The notes beneath the pieces are model-generated. The model did not search any database. It was not told the origin of the DNA and worked only from the letters and a program-made list of their open reading frames with translations. A stretch of 64,000 bases of DNA from Ignavibacteriota bacterium (lineage in GTDB: Bacteria; Bacteroidota; Ignavibacteria; Palsa-1295). The stretch spans positions 394,704 to 458,703 of the forward strand of contig CAVZOL010000009.1 of assembly GCA_963776895.1 (NCBI GenBank), given 5' to 3'. Of the stretch, positions 10,053 through 18,883 are shown in pieces. The number at the start of each line of letters is the position of its first letter. Positions within the stretch are counted from its first letter, which is position 1. Position numbers and translations under genes: made by a program.

Positions 10053-10250
10053 TTACTTCACGTCTTCGACCTTCACCAAATGCTGGACCGTGCGGATCAT
10101 GCCGCGAATAGCAGGGGTATCGTTGTGGATGGCAACATAATTCGGGCGTCCGAGTCCGAGCGCCTTGATCGTGCGCTTGTGTACCTGGAGCGTATCGTTC
10201 GTCGAACGCGTCTGCTTAATGAGAATCTTCTTTGCTGCTGCCATTGCCAT
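10053..10250 (-). CDS. rpmD: 50S ribosomal protein L30 (uL30)
   Basis: KILIKQTRSTNDTLQVHKRTIKALGLGRPN..., and its position after rpsE. Confidence 0.9.
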   Translation of the reverse strand: MAMAAAKKILIKQTRSTNDTLQVHKRTIKALGLGRPNYVAIHNDTPAIRGMIRTVQHLVKVEDVK

Positions 10251-10297
10251 AAACCCCTCACCCAGCCTCTCCCCAAGAGGAGAGGAGAAATATTTTG

Positions 10298-10801
10298 TTA
10301 TCCGTTAAAAACTTTTGTGAGCGAAACACCGCGCCGCTCCGATACCATGGAAGCATCGTTCAGGCTTTCGAGCGCGGCCATCGTTGCCTTTACCAAATTG
10401 TGCGGATTCGATGAACCTTGCGATTTCGTCAAAATATCCTGCACACCTGCGAGTTCCAGCACGGCGCGAACGCCGCCGCCGGCGATAAGTCCGGTTCCCG
10501 GAGAAGCCGGCTTCAAAAATACTTTACCCGCGCCGAATTTTCCCTCGATCGCGTGTGGAATTGTTCCACGGCGCAGTGGCACCGAATGCACATTGCGTTT
10601 CGCGTCTTCTGTCGCTTTGGAAACGGCATCTGCCACTTCGTTGGATTTGCCGAGGCCAATGCCGACGTGTCCTCCGCCATCGCCTACCGCGACGATCGCA
10701 TTAAAGCTGAAACGGCGTCCGCCCTTTACCACCTTCGCAACGCGATTGACGGCGACAAGCTTGTCCTTAAGATTGAGTTCGGCTGATCGAATTTTTGCCA
10801 C
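10298..10801 (-). CDS. rpsE: 30S ribosomal protein S5 (uS5)
   Basis: [37 protein letters not shown]. Confidence 0.95.
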   Translation of the reverse strand: MAKIRSAELNLKDKLVAVNRVAKVVKGGRRFSFNAIVAVGDGGGHVGIGLGKSNEVADAVSKATEDAKRNVHSVPLRRGTIPHAIEGKFGAGKVFLKPASPGTGLIAGGGVRAVLELAGVQDILTKSQGSSNPHNLVKATMAALESLNDASMVSERRGVSLTKVFNG

Positions 10802-10818
10802 GTATGTTTTCTATAAAA

Positions 10819-11175
10819 TCAGAATGCAAGGCCGCCTTCGCGCGCGCCTTCGGCCAATGCTTTCACTCGGCCATGATAGAGGTACCCATTGCGATCGAAC
10901 ACGACCGATTTAATTCCCTTTTCGGTAGCGATCCCGGCAAGCGCTGCTCCGGTCTGCTTCGCGACTTCGGATTTCTTGCCACTTAGTCCTTTGCTGCTGG
11001 CTGCGGCAAGCGTGAAGCCCTGCGAATCGTCCACAAGCTGTGCATAGACGCCGGTATTGCTGCGAAAGATCACAAGGCGCGGACGAGCGCTCGTGCCCTC
11101 GACGGTCTTGCGGATCTTAAACTTTCGGCGCTCGCGCCGAAGCTGTCTGTCTTTTAATTTCAGTTTCGATGCCAT
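10819..11175 (-). CDS. rplR: 50S ribosomal protein L18 (uL18)
   Basis: [20 protein letters not shown]...[25 protein letters not shown]. Confidence 0.95.
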   Translation of the reverse strand: MASKLKLKDRQLRRERRKFKIRKTVEGTSARPRLVIFRSNTGVYAQLVDDSQGFTLAAASSKGLSGKKSEVAKQTGAALAGIATEKGIKSVVFDRNGYLYHGRVKALAEGAREGGLAF

Positions 11176-11203
11176 AAATTATTTTCCTGCTGTCTTACCG
11201 GCT

Positions 11204-11719
11204 TTACGGCGAATGGTCTCGTCCGAAATATTTCACGCCCTTGCCTTTATAAGGTTCCGGCGGACGAATGGAGCGGATCTTAGCCGCTACCGCACCGACA
11301 AGCTGTTTGTCAATACCGCTAATGGTTACTTGAGTCGGCGCAGGCACATCGATGGTGATCTCCGGCGGTGGTACGAATGCTATGGGATGCGAATACCCTA
11401 ACGCGAACTGGATCCACTTGCCTTTTTTCTCGGCCTTGAAACCGACGCCGACAAGTTCAAGCTTTTTCTGATAACCGGTCGTTACACCTTCGACCATGTT
11501 GTTGGCCAAGGCACGTGAAAGGCCATGTAGTGCGCGAACATTTGCCACATCGCTCGAACGAGTGAATGAAAGTTCTTCGCCTTCGATCTTAATACCAATT
11601 TCGCTTGGTATCTGCTGCGCAAGCTGGCCCTTCGGTCCTTTGACCGTGAGCGCGCCATCCTTGGCCGTGATCGTCACGCCTTTTGGAATCGCAATAACTT
11701 TTCTTCCTATTCTCGACAT
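11204..11719 (-). CDS. rplF: 50S ribosomal protein L6 (uL6)
   Basis: MSRIGRKVIAIPKGVTIT... The start is trimmed from the ORF-track 11755 to the ATG at 11719. Confidence 0.9.
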   Translation of the reverse strand: MSRIGRKVIAIPKGVTITAKDGALTVKGPKGQLAQQIPSEIGIKIEGEELSFTRSSDVANVRALHGLSRALANNMVEGVTTGYQKKLELVGVGFKAEKKGKWIQFALGYSHPIAFVPPPEITIDVPAPTQVTISGIDKQLVGAVAAKIRSIRPPEPYKGKGVKYFGRDHSP

Positions 11720-11785
11720 ATTTTTCTTTCTTCGCTTACGCTGATCCGCATTCACGGACGCTGCAGCGATCTTAATTTCTATCTC

Positions 11786-12172
11786 TTACCAAATGTAACA
11801 GAGCACTTCGCCACCAACATTTGCCTGCCGCGCCTGTTTATCCGTCATAAGTCCTTTGGGTGTGGAAAGGATCGCAATTCCAAGCCCGGAGAGCACGCGC
11901 GGCGTTTGCGTTGCCGAGGTATACTTGCGCAGACCAGGAGTAGAAATGCGCTTCAAGCCCATGATGGCAGGCGCGCCGTTCGTGTACTTCAGCGTGACGC
12001 GGATCATGCCTTGCTTTGAATCCTCGATCTTCTCGACCGATTCCACATAGCCTTGCTCGCGCAGAATTTCTCCCATCGCAAGTTTGAGCTTCGAGGCCGG
12101 CACATCCACGTACTTGTGCCGCGCTCCAAGCGCGTTCCGTACCCGTGTTAAAAAATCTCCGATAGTATCCAT
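11786..12172 (-). CDS. rpsH: 30S ribosomal protein S8 (uS8)
   Basis: DTIGDFLTRVRNA...STPKGLMTDKQARQANVGGEVLCYIW. Confidence 0.95.
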   Translation of the reverse strand: MDTIGDFLTRVRNALGARHKYVDVPASKLKLAMGEILREQGYVESVEKIEDSKQGMIRVTLKYTNGAPAIMGLKRISTPGLRKYTSATQTPRVLSGLGIAILSTPKGLMTDKQARQANVGGEVLCYIW

Positions 12173-12201
12173 CTATAAAATATTACGTCAATGCCCCAAA
12201 C

Positions 12202-12387
12202 TCACCAGCTTGATTTGCGAATGCCGGGAATCTTACCCTCGAGTGCAAGCTCACGGAAGCAGATTCGGCAGAGGCCGAACTTGCGATAGAACGAGCGCGA
12301 CCGCCCGCAGCGGTTGCATCGGTTATGCTTGCGTGTCGCGAACTTTGGCGTTCGCTTGGCTTTTACTCTGAGGGCTAATCGTGCCAT
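12202..12387 (-). CDS. rpsN: 30S ribosomal protein S14, zinc-binding type Z (uS14)
   Basis: 61 aa with CNRCGR...CRICFRE, two CxxC pairs. Confidence 0.9.
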   Translation of the reverse strand: MARLALRVKAKRTPKFATRKHNRCNRCGRSRSFYRKFGLCRICFRELALEGKIPGIRKSSW

Positions 12388-12417
12388 GAAAAAAGTGCTT
12401 TGTTCAAAAAATCTGCG

Positions 12418-13146
12418 TTACGCAACCGCTCCCTCGCGTTTGCGGAATGGAAGTCCGAAAGCTTTCAAAAGTTCCAATGCCTCTTCGTCCGATTTCGCGC
12501 TTGTGCAAAAGGTAATATCCATGCCCGTGATGCGCGAAACCTTATCGACATCGATCTCCGGAAAAATGATCTGTTCCCGAATGCCGAGCGTGTAGTTCCC
12601 GCGCCCATCGAACGACTTGTCCGGAATACCTCGGAAATCGCGGATACGTGGAATGGCCGTCGTCATCAGCCGATCCAAAAATTCGTACATCATTGCACTG
12701 CGAAGCGTGACGCGGCAGCCGATCGCCTGATTCTCGCGGAGCTTGAAATTCGAGATGGATTTTTTCGCCTTCGTGATCGCCGGCTTCTGGCCAGAAATCG
12801 CTTCGAGATCGCGCACGGCTGCTTCGAGCAATTTTGGATCGCTTGCTGCTACACCGACGCCAATATTCACCGCGATCTTATCGATGCGCGGCACTTCATT
12901 TACATTGCTGTAATTGAACCGCTTCATCATCGAAGGCACGACGCGCTCGCGATAAATTCCGAGCAGCCGTGCAGGCGGCACCGGGCGATTGGAAACGGGT
13001 GCGCTTTCAGCACCGTCATCCCCGCCCTTTGCTCGCTTCTCGCCCTTCGGCTTACCTTCGGCTTTAGGTTTACCTCCTTGAGGCTTACCCGCGGATGATC
13101 GCTCATTCGCTTCGGCTTTCGGTTTCTTTTCTTTTTCTTCTGCCAT
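12418..13146 (-). CDS. rplE: 50S ribosomal protein L5 (uL5) with a Lys/Glu/Gly-rich N-terminal extension of about 55 aa
   Basis: The core [38 protein letters not shown]... is preceded by [42 protein letters not shown]. An internal GVG-type alternative start, the GTG at VPPARLL, cannot be excluded. Confidence 0.85.
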   Translation of the reverse strand: MAEEKEKKPKAEANERSSAGKPQGGKPKAEGKPKGEKRAKGGDDGAESAPVSNRPVPPARLLGIYRERVVPSMMKRFNYSNVNEVPRIDKIAVNIGVGVAASDPKLLEAAVRDLEAISGQKPAITKAKKSISNFKLRENQAIGCRVTLRSAMMYEFLDRLMTTAIPRIRDFRGIPDKSFDGRGNYTLGIREQIIFPEIDVDKVSRITGMDITFCTSAKSDEEALELLKAFGLPFRKREGAVA

Positions 13147-13161
13147 GTTCTCTCTTTTTTA

Positions 13162-13260
13162 GATGACGATATTGGCCGTCATCGCTTTCGTAGCCGTGAG
13201 CTTTAGCTCACGGTGTAAAATTTTGCTCCGCAACCGTGACCTAAAGGTCACGGCTACACT
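13162..13260. repeat. Cluster of three hairpins in the rplE-rplX spacer, including the GTGAC double-hairpin element
   Basis: gatgacg/cgtcatc (13162-13183); ccgtgagct-t-agctcacgg (13189-13215 region); ccgtgacc-taaa-ggtcacgg followed by ctac (13231-13259). Confidence 0.8.
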
Positions 13261-13584
13261 TCAGGCCAAAACATCGCCGGAGCGTTTCGAAAAACGCTCG
13301 AAACGCACCTTACCTTCGGTTCCCACCAGCTCGCGCTTGCCGATGCGTGTGCGAAGATTCGTTTTTGGATCGACGAGCATCACATTCGATGCATTGATCG
13401 GCGCTTCGCGTGTCGTGATGCCACCCTTTTGATTCTTCGCGCTCGGGCGCTCGTGCTTGAACTGATTGTTCACGCCTTCGACCAGTACCTTGTTCGTCTC
13501 CGGATAGACGCGCAGGATCTTCCCCTGCTTGCCGCGGTTCTTGCCCGTGATCACTTCAACGATGTCGTTCTTCTTTACCCGCAT
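13261..13584 (-). CDS. rplX: 50S ribosomal protein L24 (uL24)
   Basis: MRVKKNDIVEVITGKNRGKQGKILRV. Confidence 0.95.
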   Translation of the reverse strand: MRVKKNDIVEVITGKNRGKQGKILRVYPETNKVLVEGVNNQFKHERPSAKNQKGGITTREAPINASNVMLVDPKTNLRTRIGKRELVGTEGKVRFERFSKRSGDVLA

Positions 13585-13600
13585 GATACGTTCAAATTCC

Positions 13601-13969
13601 TTAAATTACTTCCGGCGCTAACGAAACGATCTTCATGTATTGACGCTCGCGAAGTTCGCGGGCGACCGGTCCGAAAATGCGCGTTCCACGCGGCTCGCCT
13701 TGTGCATTCAATAGCACGACCGCATTCTCGTCAAAGCGAATGTAGCTGCCATCCTTCCGGCGATATTCTTTCTTGGTGCGCACGATGACAGCCTTCGAAA
13801 CTTCACCTTTTTTTACCTGACCGTTCGGGATCGCAGCTTTCACGCTTACGACCACGATGTCGCCCAGGCCCGCATAACGGCGCTCGTGTCCGCCGAGCAC
13901 ACGAATGCACCGGACACGCTTTGCGCCCGAATTATCGGCTACTACTAAGTTCGTTTCTTCCTGTACCAT
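13601..13969 (-). CDS. rplN: 50S ribosomal protein L14 (uL14)
   Basis: [27 protein letters not shown]. Confidence 0.95.
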   Translation of the reverse strand: MVQEETNLVVADNSGAKRVRCIRVLGGHERRYAGLGDIVVVSVKAAIPNGQVKKGEVSKAVIVRTKKEYRRKDGSYIRFDENAVVLLNAQGEPRGTRIFGPVARELRERQYMKIVSLAPEVI

Positions 13970-14016
13970 AGTTCCCTCACCCGGCCTCTCCCAGAGGGAG
14001 AGGAGAAAATTCTGAA

Positions 14017-14328
14017 TTATTTTGCTCGTTCTAAAACTTCTACGACGCGCCAGCGCTTTGTTTTGGAAAGCGGTCTGGTCTCCATGATTCGGACCGTATC
14101 GCCGGTCTTCGCATCGTTTTTCTCGTCGTGGGCGACGAATTTCGTCGTCTTCTTAAAATACTTTTTGTAGAGTGGATGCGGCACCTGGCGCGTCAGCGTC
14201 ACGATGATCGTCTTGTCCATCTTATCGCTCACGACTTTCCCGACGCGCTCCTTGCGCCGTCCCCGAGCTTCCGTAGCAACGATTTCCGTCGTTGTGCTTT
14301 CTCCCACTATGTTTTCGTTTTCTGCCAT
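14017..14328 (-). CDS. rpsQ: 30S ribosomal protein S17 (uS17)
   Basis: [33 protein letters not shown]. Confidence 0.93.
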   Translation of the reverse strand: MAENENIVGESTTTEIVATEARGRRKERVGKVVSDKMDKTIIVTLTRQVPHPLYKKYFKKTTKFVAHDEKNDAKTGDTVRIMETRPLSKTKRWRVVEVLERAK

Positions 14329-14330
14329 CG

Positions 14331-14537
14331 TTATTGTGCCTGGGGTTTTCTCTCGGTAAGTGCCGTTTGCATCCGCGCGATATCCTGCCTCAGCGTAGAG
14401 ATCTGTGCATGATTATCGAGCTGGCCCACCGTCTTCTGGAACCTGAGCGCGGTAAGCCGCGCGTGGTTCTCACCGATCTGCTTTTTGAGCTGCGCTTCCG
14501 TCAGATCCGTAAGCGATGCGTATTTCAGTCCCTTCAT
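14331..14537 (-). CDS. rpmC: 50S ribosomal protein L29 (uL29)
   Basis: 68 aa, [23 protein letters not shown], in the conserved position. Confidence 0.9.
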   Translation of the reverse strand: MKGLKYASLTDLTEAQLKKQIGENHARLTALRFQKTVGQLDNHAQISTLRQDIARMQTALTERKPQAQ

Positions 14538-14557
14538 TTCGTTCGTTCTCTAAAACT

Positions 14558-14977
14558 TTATTCTACGTAATCCGGCCGCGTGACCATCTTGGTCTTTACT
14601 GGAAGTTTATGTCCCGCCAGCCGCAATGCTTCCGTTGCAAGTTCCTGCGTGATCCCACCGACCTCGAACATAATGCGCCCCGGCTTTACGACCGAGACCC
14701 AGAACTCCGGCGATCCTTTGCCGGAACCCATACGAGTTTCCGCCGGCTTTTTGGTTACAGGCTTATCCGGGAAGATCCGAATCCAGATCTTACCGTCACG
14801 CTTCATGGTACGCGAAAGCGTAACGCGAACAGCCTCGATCTGGCGGCTGGTGATCCAACCGGATTCGAGCGCCTTCAGGCCGAATGAACCAAATGCGACT
14901 TCCGTGCCTCGGGTTTCGTTACCCTTGACCTTGCCACGCATGGCCTTGCGATATTTTACTCTCTTTGGAAGAAGCAT
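14558..14977 (-). CDS. rplP: 50S ribosomal protein L16 (uL16)
   Basis: [24 protein letters not shown]. Confidence 0.95.
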   Translation of the reverse strand: MLLPKRVKYRKAMRGKVKGNETRGTEVAFGSFGLKALESGWITSRQIEAVRVTLSRTMKRDGKIWIRIFPDKPVTKKPAETRMGSGKGSPEFWVSVVKPGRIMFEVGGITQELATEALRLAGHKLPVKTKMVTRPDYVE

Positions 14978-15003
14978 TATCTTCTTTCTTTAAACTTCTT
15001 TCT

Positions 15004-15927
15004 TTAAACTTGTTTTCTAATAATTGGCCCGGAGGTCGTGCTGGTCTCACTTCGCGGAGCGCGCGGCCTGCGCGGTTTCAATACCGCCGGTTCCCCGCTT
15101 TGCTCACCTCGCGGCGCTGAACGCCGGTCTCCACGATCTCCGCCGCGCTCGCCGCCTCCACGTTCCTCGCGATCGCCGCGCCCGCGTCCGCCGCCTCTGC
15201 TGCGACGGCGCTCGCCGCCTGCCGCCGAAACGATAGGCCGCTTGTCTTGCTGTTCTACTCCGTTCACCGCAACTTCCGCCGCGATCTGAAGTGGCGTTTG
15301 CCCGATGATGTCACCATGACAAACCCAAACTTTTACGCCGATCGTCCCATAGATCGTATTCGCGGTGCTCCGCGCAAAATCAATATCGGCTCGAAGCGTA
15401 TGCAGCGGGATCCTTCCCTCTTTATACTGCTCCGAGCGCGCAATTTCCGCGCCGCCAAGCCGTCCGCCGCACATGATACGCACGCCTTCCGCACCTGCAC
15501 GCATTGCTGCGGAGATCGCACCCTTCATCGCACGCCGAAAACCGATGCGGCCTTCGAGCTGCTGCGCGATCTGATCGCCGATAAGCTGCGCATCTGTCTC
15601 AGGTCGCTTCACCTCATTGATGAGGATCTTTACTTCCTTGCCACCTGTGACATTCTTCAATTCTTCTTCGATCTGAGCGATCTCCTTGCCGCTCTTGCCG
15701 ATCACGACACCAGGGCGCGAGGTATGAATGGTTACCACGATGCGCTTCGTCGTGCGGTCGATCGTCAGCTTCGACAAACCCGCGCGCTTCAGGCGGTTCT
15801 TCACATAGGAACGAATGAGGTTGTCCTCTTCGAGCTTCTGCGCAAAATTCTTATCGTCGTACCAACGCGCATCCCATGGGCGCGTTACTGCGACTCTGAA
15901 GCCTATCGGGTTTGTTTTTTGTCCCAA
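15004..15927 (-). CDS. rpsC: 30S ribosomal protein S3 (uS3) with an Arg/Gly/Glu-rich C-terminal tail of about 85 aa
   Basis: MGQKTNPIGFRV... core, then ...GGERRRSRGGGRGRGDREERGGGERGGDRGDRRSAPRGEQ... Confidence 0.93.
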   Translation of the reverse strand: MGQKTNPIGFRVAVTRPWDARWYDDKNFAQKLEEDNLIRSYVKNRLKRAGLSKLTIDRTTKRIVVTIHTSRPGVVIGKSGKEIAQIEEELKNVTGGKEVKILINEVKRPETDAQLIGDQIAQQLEGRIGFRRAMKGAISAAMRAGAEGVRIMCGGRLGGAEIARSEQYKEGRIPLHTLRADIDFARSTANTIYGTIGVKVWVCHGDIIGQTPLQIAAEVAVNGVEQQDKRPIVSAAGGERRRSRGGGRGRGDREERGGGERGGDRGDRRSAPRGEQSGEPAVLKPRRPRAPRSETSTTSGPIIRKQV

Positions 15928-15942
15928 AAGATTATGTAGTCG

Positions 15943-16557
15943 TTATTCGCTTGTTGATGATTCCATTGTCGCGGGTTCCATCACTGGAGCTTGCTCCATT
16001 GCTGGAGTTGATTCCATTGCTGGAGTTGATTCCATTGCTGGAGTTGATTCCATTGCTGGAGTTGATTCCATTGCTGGAGTTGATTCCATTGCCGGAACTT
16101 CCTCGACGCTTGAAACTTGTTCTGCTTTTACCATTGGCGCTTTTGCGATCGTTCGTGCAACCGCAGGTTTAGCACTCGAACGCTTGCGCGTTTTCTGTAT
16201 CCCTCCAAGCGGTTCATCACCGACGACGATCGTCAAATGATTCGAACGCTTGCGCACGCGAAACGCGCGTCCCATCGGCGCAGGAAGAATGCGTTTGAGC
16301 ACAGCGCCGCCATCGGAGGAGCACTCGCGGACATAGAGATCGTCCACATCGACGCGGGCGTTCTCCGGATCCATCTGAAAATTTGCTACTGCACTGCGCA
16401 GCGTTTTTTCCGCCACGATCGATGCATGGTTCGGCGTGAAATGGAGGATCGAAAGTGCCTCCGGCACACGCTTGCCACGGATCAAGTTGAGAACGATCCT
16501 CATCTTGACCGGTGAACTTTGAATACTGCGCTTTATTGCGCGCGCGCTCTTTGCCAT
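15943..16557 (-). CDS. rplV: 50S ribosomal protein L22 (uL22) with a C-terminal extension of about 80 aa containing PAMEST hexapeptide repeats
   Basis: Core AKSARAIKRSIQSSPVKMRIVLNLIRGKRV..., then a tail with PAMEST five times. Confidence 0.9.
   Translation of the reverse strand: MAKSARAIKRSIQSSPVKMRIVLNLIRGKRVPEALSILHFTPNHASIVAEKTLRSAVANFQMDPENARVDVDDLYVRECSSDGGAVLKRILPAPMGRAFRVRKRSNHLTIVVGDEPLGGIQKTRKRSSAKPAVARTIAKAPMVKAEQVSSVEEVPAMESTPAMESTPAMESTPAMESTPAMESTPAMEQAPVMEPATMESSTSE
15996..16085. repeat. Five perfect tandem copies of the 18-bp unit ccattgctggagttgatt, with degenerate copies on both sides from about 15960 to 16103, inside rplV
   Basis: Direct reading of the sequence; the period is 18 bp, or 6 codons. 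Confidence 0.95.
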
Positions 16558-16595
16558 AGTAAAATCTTTATGCTCTTTCGTCTTTTGCCGTCTGC

Positions 16596-16889
16596 TTATG
16601 CCGCCGCCGATTTCGTTGCTGCCTCAGTTTTCGTTCCGGAGTGGCCGCGGAATTGGCGCGTCGGCGCAAATTCCCCGAGTTTATGACCTACCATATTCTC
16701 CGTTACATAGACCGGAATGAATTTATTGCCGTTGTGAACCGTAAACGTGTGACCGACGAAATCGGGCGAGATCGTGCTCGAACGCGACCACGTTTTGATC
16801 ACTTTTTTCTGACGCGAAGCATTCAGCGTCTCCACTTTGGAGAGCAGCTTCTCGTCGATGAACGGTCCTTTTTTTAGCGAACGTGACAT
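16596..16889 (-). CDS. rpsS: 30S ribosomal protein S19 (uS19)
   Basis: [16 protein letters not shown]...[23 protein letters not shown]. Confidence 0.95.
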   Translation of the reverse strand: MSRSLKKGPFIDEKLLSKVETLNASRQKKVIKTWSRSSTISPDFVGHTFTVHNGNKFIPVYVTENMVGHKLGEFAPTRQFRGHSGTKTEAATKSAAA

Positions 16890-16918
16890 AATTTTTTATT
16901 TCGAGCGGCGCGTATTAT

Positions 16919-17755
16919 TTATTTTGAGCGGCGCTTAACGATATACTTCGTCGATGCGTTCTTACCCTTACGAGTCTTGTAACCTTTCGATAGCTGACCC
17001 CACGGCGATTTCGGATGCCGGCGACCACCACCTGATTTCGACTTACCTTCGCCGCCACCCATCGGGTGATCGACAGGGTTCATCGCCATGCCGCGTGTCT
17101 GCGGACGAATACCGAGCCAGCGCGAACGCCCTGCCTTACCCCAGCTAATGTTAAAATAATCTGCATTACCGACTTGGCCGATCGTCGCAAAACATTCCAG
17201 ACGAATCTTACGCGCTTCGCCCGAAGGCATTTTCAGCGTCGCAAATTCTCCTTCTTTTGCCATAACCTGGCAGGCATTGCCGGCTGAGCGCGCGATCTGT
17301 CCGCCGCGACCTGCTGTAAGTTCCACGTTATGCACCGTTGTACCGAGCGGCATATTCTTCAACGGCAGCGTATTGCCGACGTTGATCTCCGAATCCGGTC
17401 CCGATGTAATAATTCCACCAACGGCAAGACCCTCCGGCGCAAGAATGTAACGTTTCTCGCCATCGGCATACGTGATGAGCGCGATGCGGCAGCTACGGTT
17501 TGGATCGTATTCGATCGAAGAAACTTTGCCTGCAATGCCGATCTTATCGCGCTTGAAATCGATCACGCGATACATGCGCTTGTGTCCGCCGCCACGATGG
17601 CGCGACGTGATACGGCCTGTGTTGCCACGGCCGCCGGATTTTTTGAGCGGTTCGAGCAGCGATTTTTCCGGCGTGGTCTTCGTGATCTCGTCAAATGTCG
17701 AGATCGAGTAATACCGCGTCGCGGGCGTTCTCGGTTTTAAATTCCTAATAGCCAT
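16919..17755 (-). CDS. rplB: 50S ribosomal protein L2 (uL2)
   Basis: [14 protein letters not shown]...[17 protein letters not shown]. Confidence 0.96.
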   Translation of the reverse strand: MAIRNLKPRTPATRYYSISTFDEITKTTPEKSLLEPLKKSGGRGNTGRITSRHRGGGHKRMYRVIDFKRDKIGIAGKVSSIEYDPNRSCRIALITYADGEKRYILAPEGLAVGGIITSGPDSEINVGNTLPLKNMPLGTTVHNVELTAGRGGQIARSAGNACQVMAKEGEFATLKMPSGEARKIRLECFATIGQVGNADYFNISWGKAGRSRWLGIRPQTRGMAMNPVDHPMGGGEGKSKSGGGRRHPKSPWGQLSKGYKTRKGKNASTKYIVKRRSK

Positions 17756-17758
17756 TGT

Positions 17759-18076
17759 TTATAGCGCTCCTCTCTCCTTCGCATCCATAGGGGCGAATAC
17801 GTCGATCGTTTGGCCCGGAGCGAGATGCACGATCGCTTTCTTAAATCCTTGCTTTACGCCATGCCGCGCGCCCTTGCGTGTGAACTGCGTTTTGTGCTTC
17901 GGCTTTTGCCAGGAAATACGAACGCTCTTGATGATCACGCCGAACTGACGGCGCACCGCGTCAGCGATCTCGATCTTATTCGTATCCGCAAGCACCTCGA
18001 AGTGATAAATTCCCTTCTCGGCCTGCAATGTTGCCTTCTCGGTAAGGAGCGGGCGTTTTAAAACTTCTCGTGCCAT
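17759..18076 (-). CDS. rplW: 50S ribosomal protein L23 (uL23)
   Basis: LKRPLLTEKATLQAEKGIYHFEV, in the conserved position. Confidence 0.9.
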   Translation of the reverse strand: MAREVLKRPLLTEKATLQAEKGIYHFEVLADTNKIEIADAVRRQFGVIIKSVRISWQKPKHKTQFTRKGARHGVKQGFKKAIVHLAPGQTIDVFAPMDAKERGAL

Positions 18077-18097
18077 GTCGTAATTTCTTCTATATTC

Positions 18098-18123
18098 ACC
18101 GTGACTTAAAAGTCACGGCTACG
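18098..18123. repeat. Single GTGAC-family hairpin in the rplD-rplW spacer
   Basis: ccgtgact-taaa-agtcacgg followed by ctacg. It has the same core as the copies at 13231-13259 and 21589-21614. Confidence 0.75.
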
Positions 18124-18793
18124 CCGGGATTGAAATGTGTTCTACTTCCGGTTTTTCCTGCGCAAGCCCGGCGAAGCTCTTTTCGATCGCGGCAATTGCC
18201 GATTCTTCCGCAATGATCGCGCGCGATTTCCAAATTTCGTACATCGAAGCCCTGTCCGCTGCGGAGATCGTAAGCGTGGGAATGTTCCTGCCGCTCAGAT
18301 ACACCGTTGCGTTATCGCCAGCCGTAAGAAGCAGCGCCTGCTTCGTGTTCAGATTCAGCGCGTTTAAAACTTCCTGCACTTGCTTCGTGCGCGGCGAGTC
18401 AAAATTCAGATCCTCGACGACGACGAACGCGTTGTTCTTTACTTTCTCCGAAAGCGCGCTCTTGCGAGCAAGCTGCTTCACTTTTTTCGGCAGACTCTTC
18501 GTATATTTATGCGGAAGCGGACCGTGCATCGTTCCACCACCGGGATGCAGTCCGCTTTTGATAGAGCCTTGGCGGGCGCGTCCGGTTCCCTTTTGGCGGA
18601 ACAGCTTCTTGGTCGAGCCGGAAACGGTGCCACGTGTGAGCGTGCTATGCGTACCCTGCCGTTGATTTGCAAGGTGCGTTTCGATCATCAGCCACATGGC
18701 GTGCTCGTGCGGCTCGATGGCGAAAATATCATCCGCCAGAGCGATCTTTCGCCCGGTTCCCAAACCGCTTTTATTTAAAACTTCTATTTCCAT
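18119..18793 (-). CDS. rplD: 50S ribosomal protein L4 (uL4)
   Basis: HAMWLMIETHLANQRQGTHSTLTRGTVSGSTKKLFRQKGTGRARQGS. Confidence 0.93.
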   Translation of the reverse strand: MEIEVLNKSGLGTGRKIALADDIFAIEPHEHAMWLMIETHLANQRQGTHSTLTRGTVSGSTKKLFRQKGTGRARQGSIKSGLHPGGGTMHGPLPHKYTKSLPKKVKQLARKSALSEKVKNNAFVVVEDLNFDSPRTKQVQEVLNALNLNTKQALLLTAGDNATVYLSGRNIPTLTISAADRASMYEIWKSRAIIAEESAIAAIEKSFAGLAQEKPEVEHISIPA

Positions 18794-18883
18794 TTGTGTC
18801 TTAGTGACCTAAAGGACGTAGGGGACAAAAATCCCGAAAATCCATCCCATAAATCCCATTCATCTCATAAATCCCGGTTCAGA

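Noticed and set aside
9984-10913. A 309-aa plus-strand ORF.
   Set aside because: It is antisense to rpmD, rpsE and rplR, and is low-complexity with no recognisable family.
12400-13098. A 232-aa plus-strand ORF. The ORF at 15247..15939 (230 aa) falls in the same category.
   Set aside because: They are antisense to rplE and rpsC respectively, and the ribosomal protein frames are clearly the real ones.
15960-16103. The 18-bp repeat array, considered as a possible CRISPR.
   Set aside because: The units are contiguous with no spacers. The period is a multiple of three, and the array lies in-frame in rplV.
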